DNA of 64,000 nucleotides from Felis catus. Its lineage: Eukaryota. Positions 36,209-50,624 of this stretch are shown piece by piece. Each line of letters opens with the position of its first letter. Position 1 is the stretch's first letter. The notes beneath the pieces are model-generated. The model had not been told where the DNA came from. It saw only the letters and a program-made list of their open reading frames with translations, and made no database searches. Made by a program: the position numbers and the translations under genes. The stretch spans positions 170,378,001 through 170,442,000 of the forward strand of contig NC_058368.1 of the NCBI RefSeq assembly GCF_018350175.1. The letters are read 5' to 3'.

Positions 36209-39200
36209 TCAGTACTCATGTGCCTCTGAGTCACACACAAGGAAGGGATGCAGACAATGTCAAAGTAAGGTGATGGGTACTTCCTCAGACTGGCAGAAAC
36301 CTGCTTTGGGCAACTCCATATCTAATGAAATATGGATCTGCTGGCCTGTGAATCTCTGGGGGACCAAGAGATATATGGGGATCTTCCCTGTACCCTGTAT
36401 TAATGATGGGGCCATATTGTCTTGTTTCTTCTCTAGACAGATATTTTTGAAACTAAATATCTTTCTGTAATGATGTATTTGTTGACTAGCATCTGTTGTG
36501 TACACTATCTTACAAAAAAAGGCAACCAAGAAGTTAAATATATAGACTAGCTTCTCATGGACGTCCCTGATCCCTAACTTCTTGTCTTTCTGATCTTCAG
36601 TCTGTCCCTTTCTTTAATGTTCCATATACCTTTTGGAAAAGTATGCCCATGATAACAGGAAACTATTTTGCTTTCAGATGCATCTGACTTCTCCCTACAG
36701 CATATTTTTACAGGTCAGAGTTATTCAGTCTGAAATAACAACTCATGGATTCTAAAATTCTCTGCACCAGTAGTAGTCATACAACTTGTCTTATTATTCT
36801 TCCTACTTCCAACACACATACACATATACACAAACACTCCTCCAAAGTATAAATATCATGTGTTATAAAACAGGATAATCTCAACTCATAAGGCAGAAGA
36901 CAAATATTTTTCTTACTAGCTTTAAGGCAAGAAATCTCACAATTAAATATTTAGTATTCTTATTGTGCAGATCAGTGTTAATTCCTTTCTTTTATCCCCA
37001 ATTTACACAAAATAAATTTTTGACTGAGAGATATCCTATTTAGATTGTCTCCTCCTCCCCACCCTTTCCTCCTCCCTTTTCTTAGAAAGAAGGGGGGCCT
37101 AGTTTCTTTCTTCCAATTGCAAAGTTACCTTTAGGTGTTAGTGAGGGGTCATGTTTTCTACCACATGGAGAAAGCCAGTGCGTACACATAGGGCAAGAGT
37201 CAATGGGAAAAAGAAAAGAGACCTGAGGGCATTGCAGAGACTGGGACTGGTTGTTTCAAAGGCCCAGGTGAATTTCTGTCCTTCTTATAAATGAATTGTT
37301 CTCTTCCTTTCATTTCACCAGATATCATCATATCTCTCCAATTTCCTAACAAAGGCTAATTCAAATTTGCCTTATGTTATTTAAAAGCAAAAGAAATCTC
37401 ATTTGTAAACCAAACTAACAACAACAAAAATGCTTCCTTGTCTCAGACCACCTGATCCTGTTTGAGAAAAGGCAGACATTTACTCCAACTTTATCATTTG
37501 CATAAATGTTGTAGCATTAGCTCAAAATATTAGTATGCATGCTTCCTATGCATTTCACTCCCCCTTTTCACTCTTACTTAAGAGCTAGCTTTCCTCCTCC
37601 AGTCTACTACAAGGCAGAAGCAAAGTTAAATCTGAGAGGAATATTCTCAGATCTAGGTTTACAAAGCCAGTTTTCTTGTTTAATAGACTAGAGGATTTGG
37701 CGGGGAACAGGACGGGGGTAGGACAAAAGGCAAACAGTACATCCAGGATAAAGATAGATGAGAGAGATCTTTGAAGAGGGAAGAAGAAGGAACATTCTTG
37801 TCTCTAATACCAGGAAGCAGAATATAAGGGACAACAATGACCAAATGTACTCAAGAGTCAGCATCATCCCATGCCATCCACCTAAGGACAAGCCACAGTT
37901 CAACAGTTCTGGAAACTTCCTTGCCCCTTAACAGGAAGATAAACATCTGGACATCCTGTGTGGGGATGGAAGCATGAATGGAGCATTTGCTCCTGACCAT
38001 TGGAGAACAAAAAAGAATGATTTGGGGATATCCCTATGTGAACCATCAGTAAATGTATAGCACCTGGTATAGAAGAAAGCAAGTGCCCAATCCCAAAGGA
38101 AAAACCCAAGATTTCAACCACTTCTCTGAGAAACTAAAACCTTACCAAAACCAAGAGAGACCTTAGGGTTTACACATGAAAGGTAATAAGTTGCCCAAAA
38201 AAGAAGAGATAAAACCAAATAATAGTTGGTTTCAAAACACAAAGCTATAAGTAACAGTTGGTTACTGCTTTTTATTTTTCTGCTTTCTCAGTTATCTTCA
38301 CCATATACCATTCTGTAAGAATTAACTATAATATCAGTTTTTCAGGAGTTAACAGTACCTCCTTCCCTCATCTTGCCTTTCTTGGGATTCCCAAGGGGCT
38401 CCTTCTTGTTCATTTGTAATGTTAAAAATAGTCAGCACAAACCTAGGGCTTTGTGAAAGCATTCCAGGTCTGTCTTCACATTCACACCCTAAGAACAGCA
38501 GAACTACATGGAATACTCCCATTTCAAAAATACAAACTTGCACTTATCTATGACCTATGTAATTATGTATGTAAACAGGAGATATGATAGCCGGCACTTC
38601 TAAAAAGCTGTGTTTCAACATTTTAGCTCATTAATGGTGAGTTGCTTGGAGCTCCAGTGTTTATGCTGGATGACCCCTTCTGCTTTTCCAAAGAAGACAG
38701 CTGAACTCCTTTGTTTACCTCTCTTTTCTTGTCATTTATTTTTCTCTACCACCTTCCCTCCTAACTTGGATCCCTGGAGTGCATTATTTCATATCAGCAA
38801 CCTAAAGAACATGTTTCTTATCTGTTCCATGATATTGGGGTGATAGCAAGAAAAGTGAAAAGAATGGGTTAGTTGGCCTCATTTTTTATATGGGGAAGTA
38901 ACAGGAAAGATGTCAACACATGGGTTATTCCATGTTCAAATTCTGATTAATCTATCTGATTCAAATGTCTGTGGTTTTCATTATGGCTCTCTGTCCCTCT
39001 CTTCCGCTCACCTGTGTCATGATTTAAAGCCAGATGAAGGGTAGAACTGCTAGAAACAAAATACTAGTTTACTCCTTTAATTTTGCTTATATTCTGAGAA
39101 ATGTTGCCCAACTCCTTTCTTCTTCGACATGTTTATGTATTCATCCAGTCTTTCTTCTTTCCCTCATCTATTCCCCATCTTCCTAAAACTCACCAAAGTT

Positions 39201-40299
39201 TCTGTATTTTTACTTTCTATTTCTCAACATCTTTCCCCCAAATTATTTCTCCTTCCTTCTCCTTCCTTATTCAGTACAGGATTAAGTAGCTTGGTTACAA
39301 GGTATTGAAAAGGTTTAAGCAAAGGAGGTACTCATCAAATTGTCATTTTAGTAAAATTATTCTGAATACAATCATCTGAAAAGTGACCACAAATAAAACA
39401 TTAGATAAACATTCCTCTTTAGGCTCATCCTGAATGCAATTAAACTCTGAAGGCTTGAGTTTCATGTTCACCAGGGTAGCATTAACTCTTAACCCTGAGA
39501 GTCAGAAATGTTCACAGACCTTCAATCTGTTTTTCTTGGTCACTGCCAATTAAGTTCTTGAACTGTTGTATTCTCCTTACTTTCCTCTTTATAAGATTTA
39601 TTTTCTATGATCCAAACTCCCACTGTTGATCTCATTCTTCACTCCTCCCTTGGGAATTCCCATTCTAAGATTAATAAGCCCATATACCTTCATATTCTTT
39701 ATTCATATTTTTTACAATGCATATCATTTACTAAAAATGGACTGTCCCCAGGGGGGAATGGACTCCCTGAATTTGCTCAATCATTTTCCTGTGTTTCAAG
39801 TACAAGACTGCAAGATGACATCAGGATCCTCCTTGCTCTCCACTGTCACTTCTGGACAATTACTCCTCTCCCTGTAAGCCCTACCTTCTACTCTTTCACT
39901 TCACTGTCACCTAACAAAACCAGTCCCACTTCCTTTTACTCATTGACGTCTTCATTCTTTTCCTCATCCCTAAATCCTGTCATTACCCTGAGGGATATAT
40001 AGCTGATCCATCCCAAATCTTAGCTCCTTAGGTTTCATCACCTCCTTATTCCTAAGGACCTCTCCTCAGCTCTATTTCAGGCACTCACTTCAATGGCCAC
40101 ATCTTGAGCCTCATTTTCATATGCAGTTACTTCATCACTAAAATAATACATAAAACTTCTTTCAAATGACACCTTCCTATCCTTCTAGCTTGCTTTGTCT
40201 ATTATACTCAATCCAGCATCATCAATCAAGATCATCAATCCATGAATTCCTCTAATTTTCATTATCAACCATTCGTCTCTTCTCTCACCATTCTCTTTA

Positions 40300-40920
40300 T
40301 TATTTTTTTTATGTTTCAATTTTTATTTAAATTCTAGTTAGTTGACATAGAGTGCAATATTAGTTTCAGGAGTAGAATTTAGTGATTAATCGCTTACATA
40401 TAACACCCAGTGCTTATCACAAGTGCTCTGCTTAATATCCATCACCCATTTAGCCCATTCCCTGCCCACCTCCCTCCAAAAACCCTCAGTTTGTTCTCTA
40501 TAGTAAAAAGTCTCTTATAGTTTGCCTCTCTCTTTTTTCTCTTTTTTCTATGTTCATCTGTTTTGCTTCTTCATTCCACATATGAGTGAAGTCATTTGGT
40601 ATTTGTCTTTCTCAGATGACTTATTTCGCTTAGTATAATACACTCTAGCTCCATCCACAGTGTTGCAAATGGCAAGATTTCATTCTTTTTATGGCTGAGT
40701 AATATTCCATCATATATATGCCATATCTTCTTTATCCATTCATCAGTGGATGGACATTTGGACTCTTTCCATATCTGGCTATTGTTGATAATGCTACTAT
40801 AAACATCAGGGTGCATGTGCTCCTTCAAATCAGTATTTTTGTATCTGTGGTTAAATACCCAGTAGTGCAGTTGCTGGGTCCTAGGGTAGTTCTATTTTTA
40901 ACTTTCTGAGGAATCTCTAT
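40300..40920 (-). mobile_element. 5'-truncated carnivore L1
   Basis: Antisense 3' UTR/ORF2 end; TSD acca(t/c)tctcttta. Confidence 0.93.
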
Positions 40921-41610
40921 ACCACTCTCTTTAAGTATAGATAATTATGTTGATGAGACATAAAGGAAAAAAATGTGAAAATTTTAAATGGGGTTTACTT
41001 CACTGCAAGATTACAAGCAATTTGACACCAACTCCTTCATTTTCTCCCCATCAAATGTTCAAAAACATGGACCTGAGCTCAGTTTGCTGCTTTCTCTCTC
41101 GCACAATGCAGGCATTGTACATCTCAAATTGTGCTCTGGTTGGCACAACTTGACTTTGCAGGGTCTCAGTCTATAATTATCTCTTTTCACTTTTGCATCA
41201 TCACTGTTAGCCTCTTCACTAGATCAATCTCTATTACAGATGATCATCCATTTTTCAACTTTCAACTTCTCATTAACATTCAGTGCTCCTGACTTCCTCT
41301 AACTTAAGACACTTTCTTCTTTTGATTTGATGACTATGTAATATCTTAGTTTCCCTCCTATCTTCTGTGGTTGCATATTGTCCAACTCTAAACTCTAGGT
41401 ATTAGAAAGCCTTATATCTCAGTCCTGGGCCCTCTCTTCTTTGTAATGTAGATTATCTCTTTGGGTAATCTCATCCAGTCTCATGATTTTAAATACTTGG
41501 TATATATTGTGTATACTGAAAAGTCCCATAATCATATATCTAACCCGTGACATTTCCATTTGGATGTTAAAGAAGCATCTCAAACTTAAAATTGTGTTTG
41601 GCATCCCCCT

Positions 41611-42169
41611 TGTATAGTAAAAAGTTAATTCAGCAGGCATGAACTATCTAAACTGCCACATTCCAAAGGTCTTCAAGCCTGGTTCTTTATTTGCTTCTAG
41701 TAGATAACCTCTGAGCCTTTAAAATATTCTGCCTAATAAAGTGCCTTTGTTTTCCTGGAGCACTAAGTCATGCTCTATCAGTTTAAAACCTAGGGACTTG
41801 GGGGTTAGACACTGACTACTTAAGGTTAGCCATATGAGTATTCCATGCCTATATGAATGATCCCCCATAAAAGCCCTGGATACTAAGACTCAGATGAGCT
41901 CCCCTGGTTGGCAATACTTCATACATGTCATCCCACATTGCTGCTGGGAAAATTAAACTCTTCCCATGTGACTCCACTGGGAGAGGACTAGAGGAAGCTT
42001 GTGCCTGGTTTCTTCTAAACTTCACCCTAAGTGACTTTCCTTTGCGGACTTCAATTTATATATTTTCACTGTAATAACCCATAACTATGAATATAATAGC
42101 TTTTCGGAGTTTTGTGAGTCCTTGTAATGAATCATAGAACCTGAGGGAGGTCTTGGGAACCCCTCAGCA
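41611..42169 (+). mobile_element. Solo LTR (MER21-like)
   Basis: TG…CA; gagctcccctggttggcaatacttc, tgactccactgggagaggac, aacctgagggaggtcttgggaacccc. Confidence 0.85.
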
Positions 42170-43919
42170 CTCCCCTGAAACTTGTTCCTTTTCTACTTCT
42201 CCCATATTAGTAACTGCCATCACATCCACATACTCACTCAAGCCAAGAATCTAGCAAACACCTTTGAATTGTACTTTTTTTCTTATCCCACTCAACCAAT
42301 CCATCACCAAGTTCTCATTGTTCCAGCTCCAAAATATATTCTAAATCTATGTGTTTCTCTCCATCTCATTAATTACCATGCCAGTCCAAGTCAAAACCAT
42401 CATTCACCTGGATTATTGCAAAAGCCTTCTAACTGGTCTCTTTAGTTCCATAGTTAAAACCCTATAATCTGATCCCTATAAAGTACAAAGAGTAATCAGC
42501 CACATTTTCAACCCTACAGTAATTTATTCTTGCACTTGGAATAAAATCCAAACTGCTTTCCTTTACCTACAAGATCCTATATGATCTGTCCTGTCTATAT
42601 CATTTTCTACCACTCCTCTCATAACACTGATCAAGCCCTCAGTCCTTCTCTCTACTCGTCCAACATTCCAAACTCATTCCTGCCTCAGATCAGGTATACC
42701 TATTTATTGTCTACCTGAAATAGTCTTCCCCAACATTATAACTTGGCTTACTATTCAGACATCAGCTCAAATGTCATCTCCCAAGAGGCCTTTTCTAACA
42801 CCTACCACTGCCTTTCAGCACCTTCCCTCTCAGTTACATATCCCTGTTGCAGTTCTTTCATTGCCCTTACCATGAAATGAAAGTCCCTTTTATGTTTTGT
42901 TTAGTGATTTATTATATATGTCTCCAACTATAATATATGCAACATAAAAGCGGGGTCTTATAGTCTTATTCTGTAACATACCTTAAAACTGTCAAGTATG
43001 CATTTGTTGAATGGCAGTTAGAAGAGTTAGAACCATGGAAGTTAGAGAAGACAGTCAAAGGGGAAGATATTAGCAATATCTGCTCAAGCTTGGAGAAGAG
43101 ACAAATTTAATTACAAAATGTAATGTATCTCCTACTCTGAAGACCATAATTATATAAGATAAATGCGTCATAAATTATATGAGATAAACTTTTATCTGAT
43201 TCCAGCAGATGTATTTGTATACATCTCTTTCCACTAAGTCCAGGCTTTTTTGTCTTCACAGATAAATCTTTTTGTCCTCATAGATAAACCAAATGATGGC
43301 CTTTGCCAATGACACTTAAAATTTGGATTATAAATTAGTTTATATTCTGATTGTTACTTGCATTATTTTCATGGCATATAGCCCCTGATATTGCCAAATA
43401 ATATTTGAATACCTACTTTATCTTTGACACTGTTCATGTTCTACTTGTCCAATTCCCTCAGTTCCTTTTCTGGCCTCCTGCCTGCCTCTACTTATCCTTC
43501 CATTTCCTAAATGAGAGAATAAATCAGTTCAGTCCTAGGCCTTCTGTTTTTCTCAATATACACTCCCTTTCACACACCAGCTGCTATTTCTACCTTAAAG
43601 ATCTCAATTAGGCTTCAGTGAAACCCAAACCTGAATCTAACTCACTTTAGGGCTCAATAAATGGATTGTTGAGTGAGTTTCAACTTTTATTCTGGTCCCT
43701 CTAGGCCTCATAACTGGCCAGTAAGCATCCCACTTAGACATTTTCCCATTTTGGCCAACTGTATGTGTGTTAAAGTTTTCATCCTTCTTCAAAATTGAGC
43801 TCTTTCTTTATATTTTCCTATTTTTCTTAGTGGTGCTATTGAATTTTTTTTTTCAGTTTCCAGGGTTTAAAAGTTTGCAGCAAGTCTTAACTTCTTCCCT
43901 CTGCATCACTCATACTCCC

Positions 43920-44390
43920 AGGAGCAAATAGAGTTTACACCTAAATCATTCAAATTAAGAGTCTTTAATGAAAGGATTACTTTTAGAGGTATCAACAGAT
44001 TTGAGGAAACAAAGAATAGTGATAGCCCCAACAACTAGCAACAGCAGAAAGCTGTTAACAGATGTAGGGGTCAAAGCCCAGGGAACAGAAGCTCAATGAG
44101 ACTTGGAATCGTGTAGAAGTGAACCACTTAATAGCAGCTACAATTGTAGAAGGCTGCAGTTATTGCCACAGCACAAATCAATAGTAGGCAGGGAAGAGGA
44201 AGACACACTCTCATCTCTGTCTTCTGCCACCCTCTAGTCTATTGTTGTTCTTCCCATTGGATGAGCCCAACTGGAAGCAACATGACAAGGGAGCTTGGGT
44301 GAGGCTCAAGGGTTAGCCTTTTATGGCACAGAGCAATGCAGAGAAGGGACAATGATGGAGGGTCAGGAGGAGAAAACTCAGAACCTTTCA
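43920..44390 (-). mobile_element. Ancient ERVL LTR (LTR33/LTR41-like)
   Basis: tttaatgaaaggattact…cccattggatgagcccaactggaagc…caagggagc…ggcacagagca. Confidence 0.6.
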
Positions 44391-44477
44391 GGTTCCGGCT
44401 CCACCTCCACACACTTAATATTAATGTCTCAGCAGTTGCTGAGTGTCATTAATTTTTCTTTTAAAATACCCTCTGTA

Positions 44478-44709
44478 GGGGCGCCTGGGTGGTGCAGTCG
44501 GTTAAGCGTCCGACTTCAGCCAGGTCACGATCTCGCGGTCCGTGAGTTCGAGTCCCGCGTCGGGCTCTGGGCTGATGGCTCAGAGCCTGGAGCCTGTTTC
44601 CGATTCTGTGTCTCCCTCTCTCTCTGCCCCTCCCCCATTCATGCTCTGTCTCTCTCTGTCCCAAAAATAAATAAACATTGAAAAAAAATTTTTTTTAATT
44701 AAATAAAAT
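44478..44709 (+). mobile_element. Young CAN-SINE
   Basis: CpG-rich body; TSD aaaataccctctgta. Confidence 0.97.
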
Positions 44710-44735
44710 AAAATACCCTCTGTAAATCAATTTTA

Positions 44736-44945
44736 GGGTGCCTGGGTGGCTCAGTTGGTAACATGCCTGACTTTTGGTTTTGGCTCAGGTCATGATCTCA
44801 GTTTTGTGAGCCTGAGCCCTGCATCGGGCTTGGTGCTGACAGTGCAGAGCCTGCTTGGGAACCTCTGTCTCTGTCTCTGTCTCTCTCTCTGTCCTTCCCC
44901 CATTCATGCTATCTTTCTTTCAAAATAAGTAAATAAATTTTAAAA

Positions 44946-44976
<31 letters not shown>

Positions 44977-44977
44977 A
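44736..44977 (+). mobile_element. CAN-SINE
   Basis: gggtgcctgggtggctcag…(taaa)n tail. Confidence 0.93.
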
Positions 44978-45204
44978 TTCCTTTGTAATTCTACTGCCAA
45001 TACTCTTGTATAACCCCAGATCACTATACTTCTAAATTACTGCTATAATTCCTCCCTTGAAAAACCCAAAGTACTTATCACTACCAGATTAATTCCCTTA
45101 AAACATCTCTTTATGGATGTCACTCCTTCTCTCCAACACTTTTACTGGTTTCTTCTGCTTAGGTCTTCCTGGAATTCATAATCTCATATCAAAATACTCT
45201 TCTA

Positions 45205-45397
45205 GGGGCACATGGGTGGCTCAGTTAGTTGAGCATCTGACTTTGGCTCAGGTCATGATCTCACAGCTCATGGTTTGAGCCCCACATCATGCTCACTGCT
45301 GTCAGTGTGTCAGCACAGAGCCCACTTCAGATCCTCTGTCCCCCTCTCTCTGTCCCTCCCCTGCTTACGCTCTCCCCAAAATAAGTAAGTATTAAAA
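45205..45397 (+). mobile_element. CAN-SINE
   Basis: Sense body; TSD aaaatactct(t/c)ctag. Confidence 0.93.
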
Positions 45398-45469
45398 AAA
45401 ATACTCTCCTAGTCTTAACTCACACTAATAATCTACATCATCATCATCATCATCATCAACAACAACAAC

Positions 45470-45830
45470 ACATACTAATTAATCACTATGTCCCAAGCAC
45501 TGGTCTAGGTATTGGAAGTCGGCAATCCACAAAATTTTAAAACATCCTACTTTCATGGAGCTTTTGCCTAGTTGGAAGAAAGAAACAATAACCAAACACA
45601 CAAAAATAAGTAAATTATATAGTATATTAAATGGTAATAAGTGCTATAGAAAAAAGATGAAGAGTGTCAAGGGAGTCTGTAATTATAAAAAGAGTGATCA
45701 AGGCAGACCTCATGAAGTAGATAACATCTAAGAAAAGACTTGATGTAAGTCCTTGAAGTAAGTCGTGTGAATATCTAGAAGGAAGGTATTTGTAACATTA
45801 GAAACAGCAAATGCAAAGGCCCTGAAGCTG
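45470..45830 (-). mobile_element. L2 3' fragment
   Basis: cactatgtcccaagcactggtctaggtattgg…ctttcatggagctt…cagcaaatgcaaaggccctga. Confidence 0.75.
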
Positions 45831-45916
45831 CCTGGGGGTGGTGGCTCTGCTGGTCTGGAGGAGAGGCCAGCTGCGTTGAGTCAGTCCATCTTGCTCCAGT
45901 ATATAAACAATTACTA

Positions 45917-46853
45917 CATGAAATAAGTCAGTCAGAGAAAGATAGATGTCATATGACTTCACTCATATGTGGAATTTGAGAAACACAATAGATGAACATA
46001 GGGGAAGGGAAGGAAAAATAACATTAAAACACAGAGGGAGGCAAACCATAAAAGACTCTTAAATACAGAGAACAAACTGAGGGTTGCCTGAGGGGGTGGG
46101 GTGGGTAGAGGGATGGGTTAAATGGGTGATGGGCATTAAGGAGGGTACTTTTGGGGATGAGCACTGGGTGTCATATGTAAGAGATGAATCATTGGGTTCT
46201 ACTCCTGAAATCATTATTACACTATATGTTAACTAACTTGAATTTAAATAAATTAAAAAAAGATAAAAGCTTCTGCACAGTGAAGGAAACCATAGCAAAA
46301 CTAAAATGGAATCAATGGAATGGAAGAAGATACTTGCAAATGACATCAGATAAAGGGCTATATCCAAAATCCATAAAGAACTTACCAAACTCAACACCCA
46401 AAAAATAAATAATCCAGTTAAGAAATGTGCAGAAGACATGAAAAGACATTTATCCAAAGAAGACATCCAAATGTCCAGAAGACAAATGAAAAAATGTTCA
46501 ACATCTCTCATCATCAGGGAAATACAAATCAAAACTATGATGAGATACCACCTCACACTTGTCAGAATGGCAACTAAAATTGACAACTCTGGAAACAACA
46601 GATGTTGGTAAAGATGCAAAGAAAGGGGAGTGCTTTTACAGTGTTGGTGGGAATGCAAACTGGTGCAGCCACTCTGGAAAATAGTGTGGAAGTTCCTCAG
46701 AAATTCAAAGTTAATGCTCCCCTACGATCCAGCAATTGCACTACTACGTATTTATCCAAAGGATACAAAATGCTGATTCGAAGGGGCCTATGCACCCCAA
46801 TGTTTATAGCAGTACTATCAATAATTCCTAAATTATGGAAAGAGCACAAATGT

Positions 46854-46905
<52 letters not shown>

Positions 46906-47350
46906 ATGGACTATCACTCAGCCTTCAAAAGAATGGAATCTTGACATTTGCAATGACATGGATGGAACTAGAGTGCATTATGCTAAGCAAAATAAGTCAG
47001 TGCAAGAAAGACAAGCACCATATGATTTCACTCATAAGTGGAACTGAAGAAACAAAAGAGATGAACATAGAGAAAAGAAAAAAAAGTAAAAAGAAAAAGA
47101 AAAAAAAGAAAAGGAAAAAAGAGAGAGGCAAACCATAAGGGATTTCTAACTATACAGAACAAACTGAGGGTCGCTAGAGAGGAGGTGGGTGGGTGGACTA
47201 AATGGATGATGGGCATTAAAGAGGACACTTTTGGGGATGAGCACTGGATGCTATATGTTCAGTGATGAATCACTAAATTCTACCTGAAACCAATACTACA
47301 TTATATGTTAACAAACTTGAATTTAAATGAAATCTTGGAAGAAAAAACAA
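45917..47350 (+). mobile_element. Two tandem 5'-truncated carnivore L1 3' pieces (45917-46260; 46261-47350)
   Basis: Two complete 3' UTR ends (gttaactaacttgaatttaaataaa; gttaacaaacttgaatttaaatga); the second piece starts in the ORF2 C-terminus. Confidence 0.9.
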
Positions 47351-47725
47351 ACAAGCATATGCAGCTTCCCAAGAACCAGAAAGGAGCACTTTCTTCACCT
47401 CAGATCCTTAGCATGACCTTGCTCAAAACATACCATAGAGTTGGTTGGTTTACAATTGAAGAAAATAAGGCAGATAGAAGTCAGAAGCTTGTCAAATATC
47501 ACCCAGTGAGGAGGAGGCAGGGCAGTCACACTCGCTCTGCCACTGCACTCCCTATTTGGTGTTCATATGCCTCCTTAGTGTCCCTGGTCAGGTGGGGAGA
47601 GGGCATGCAAGCAGCACATCAGTTGGATTAAAAAGTTAATGTTAAAAGAGAGAATATTCAATAGGCATTTTATATTACTATCTAACATTATAAAAGCTTG
47701 CAGTTTATGATAATAATAATATTCA

Positions 47726-47912
47726 GGGGGCACCTGGGTGGCTCAGTCATTTGAGTATCTGACTTCAGCTCAGGTCATGATCTCAGGGTTTGTGAGGTCG
47801 AGCCCCGCATCAGGCTCTCTGATGTCAGATCCTCTATCCCTTTCTCTCTGCCCCTCCCCTGTTTGCACACGCTCTGTATCTCTCTCAAAAATAAATAAAA
47901 CATTTTTAAAAA
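47726..47912 (+). mobile_element. CAN-SINE
   Basis: Sense body; TSD ataataatattcag. Confidence 0.93.
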
Positions 47913-49759
47913 ATAATAATATTCAGATCATCTTAAAGCAACTTCCTTAAATATTCTTTATTAGAAGTGAATCATGGTGTGGGTTCATGTTTGTTTCTTT
48001 TAATTAACAAAGGCTATAGGTTGGGTAGACACTGGGATACTGTGTGCATTACTATTATCCGGTATGGCATTTTGTATCTAAAATTAAAATATACCTTAAA
48101 ATCTCTACCTCATCCACATAAAATTCAATTATTAAAGGAAATTAGTAGAGAAAACAACTTTCTCTTCAGACACCTTGGCCTGTGATAATGTTGCAAGCTA
48201 GTAAAATTAGATGAGGGCTAATTCATATTATTTTGCAAATTTTGTCTGTTAGCCTCATCATCTGCATTATCATTCTCTAAACACCTGGCAAAGAGCAATA
48301 ACTTTAGAGATTTAGAAAAGGTTAGTACGTATATATTGTGTTATCTGTTCCTAGATGATTAACATCCTTTTGTTTTAGGAGTCTGCTCTTATATTCTAAC
48401 TCAGTAACTTCTAGTAAAGAGGCTTTTATTCCACTCCCCCAACCATGTGAGCTAAGCTAGGTCCATCAGAGTCCTACAACTTCTAAAAATGGAAATTAAA
48501 AAAATGTCTTATCTTTTTGGTACTAAATCTGTATGTGGCTGATAATAACAGTTCTGGACACCAGGAAGAGGCTCTTCAGGAGTGATTTCAACTTAGAAAA
48601 AACAGAGACAGATGAGAGAAACTTTTGAGCCCCAAGACAATTGTTGACCTTCACACTGTTCATGTAAATGAACCAGTGAATTCAACTGTTCTTTTTTTTT
48701 GTCTAAGTTAAAGTTGGTTTTATTCACTTGTAGCCAAAAGAATAGGAACTATTACCAAGAAAATGCCTTAAATCATAATTGCAACTTCCTTGAATACATG
48801 AGCTGAATCTTTGCTATATTTTTATCATGATTCTCACTCAGTGAAGTACCAAGCATATTGTAATTTATTTTTAAAAAATGCTTGTTGGCTTTCACTTAAA
48901 GGAATGGCCCTAATAATTTGAGGCCACAAGGAAGAATGGTGCAGACCTGGGGGGAGAGCAGATACTTTTGATCAGGAGTTAGATAGCGTGTTCCTCAATT
49001 CATTTTGCACAAGCAAATTTTTAGGCACAGTCCTTGCCCTAGTTGTGTAATGCTAGACCTCACAAAATACAGCTTACAGTCTCAAGTCATAGTACTGTAA
49101 ATAAAAAGCTCCTAAATTTGTACAAACTTTTTCTTCCTCTCAGACTAAAACTGGTTTATGTCAAGATGTCTTTACTAATTTGAGCACAGACATTTAGGTC
49201 TTATTTAAAGACTTAGGAATTGTGGTAAATAAATGTGTCTGCTGTACGACTTCTCTAACTAGGAATACACAATCTGATGAACTCATGACCAGGGTACAGC
49301 CTCACAAGATCAAATCCTGAAGAGGTCAGTGACCACTGGCCAAAACGTGTTTACAGAGGCCATTTATGGAAAGGATTTAATTCCAGATCAACATCCTCCA
49401 CATCTGACCTTTATTCCTTCCTCATTTCAAAGGCCTGTATCTTGACTGTAACTTGACTTCTTGCCTCATCACCAATGACATGCTGATTTCCCAAAAGATA
49501 AATATTAACAGCCTAGCAAACACATGTGCTTTACATAATGCAAAGAGCGAAGGGTTAGACATGACTTGTTTATAAATTTGCTAAGAGCTTCCAGAACTAC
49601 TTTAAATGACAGAGTCCCAACTTCAAGACACTTACAAACAACAGAGGAGATAAGAAAAGAACATGTCAGCTACCAAAAAATAAAAGCACAAAAGTGTATT
49701 GCTGGGAAAAAAGAGGTTGGTGATTATGTTGATAGATGGAAGAATATACTGTATAATAA

Positions 49760-49950
49760 TAATAGCAGCTATCATTTTTGAGCAATTACTGCATGGCAAG
49801 TGCTTTATCTCAATAACTTTGCAATATATATAGAATTGTCCCCATTGAACAGAGCAGAAGGCTGAATTGATAGAGTTAAGTGATTGGCCAGATGCCATGT
49901 AATTAGTAAGTAACAAAGCTAGAGTTCAATCCAGATATAGTCATTTTTTT
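49760..49950 (-). mobile_element. MIR
   Basis: aataatagcagctatcatttttgagcaattact…cccattgaacag…gagttaagtgattggcc…ctagagttcaatccag. Confidence 0.8.
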
Positions 49951-50624
49951 AATTGCTCTTATTCCTTGCTTTGGAGCTGACTGTTGCACTCCATTCTCCT
50001 GCCCCACTTGGTTCCAGTGTTCCATTTTAGACCTATCTAATTCAGAGGCCAGGTATTTCCTACTCATCATGCTACTTCGGAATCCCACATGTTTCCTAAA
50101 TGAGCATAGGTCCCTTCTACTCTGCCTGTAGAAACTTCTCATGAAGTATAAAGAAAATGGGTTAAAGAAGAGGAATTTGAGGTATTGATTTATTATTTGC
50201 TCTTCACTCCCTCATCCCACCATATCCACAAACATATATAATACATGGTCATATTCATTGCACCTCAAGTGTCAGGTCAACTTTTTGCCTAGGGAGACAC
50301 TTAACATCTGGAATAGTTCATTCAGCAGCAGTCCAGCTCTCTTGGCCAGAGCACAGTTAAGCAACTTGGGACCTTAGATCAATGGTCCTTCAAGGTCAGA
50401 AGTCTGGCTCCAACAAAGTATGAAGGACTGAGAAAAATTAGCATTGTAGGCTAACTACAATGCTAGTTAGCTTACTTGCTAATGCCTTGACAAATTCCCT
50501 TCCTAACTATCCATTACCCCAATGCCTCAGACGGTGTAGATAGAAGGTACGTAATACATAGGTGGGGAATAAATGAAAGAATTCAAGATTTATCTAAACT
50601 GTTCTTCAGCCTGTGCTTAAGAAC

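Larger units (their letters stand above)
39820..43013 (+). mobile_element. Long L2 remnant, interrupted by an L1 and an LTR
   Basis: cactcacttcaatggccacatcttgagcctc (EN 'GHTLDL' region), ttgggtaatctcatccagtctcatgattttaaatac, aagcatctcaaacttaa, tttgttgaatg terminus. Confidence 0.8.

Noticed and set aside
44295..44681. ORFs with AQVMIS/GSGHDL/LSLSLS motifs (here and at many other sites) as a protein family
   Set aside because: They are translations of CAN-SINE bodies
46602..47138. Longest ORF in the track (178 aa) as a gene
   Set aside because: It is L1 ORF2-end/3' UTR sequence read through a (CA)n repeat and an A-rich tract
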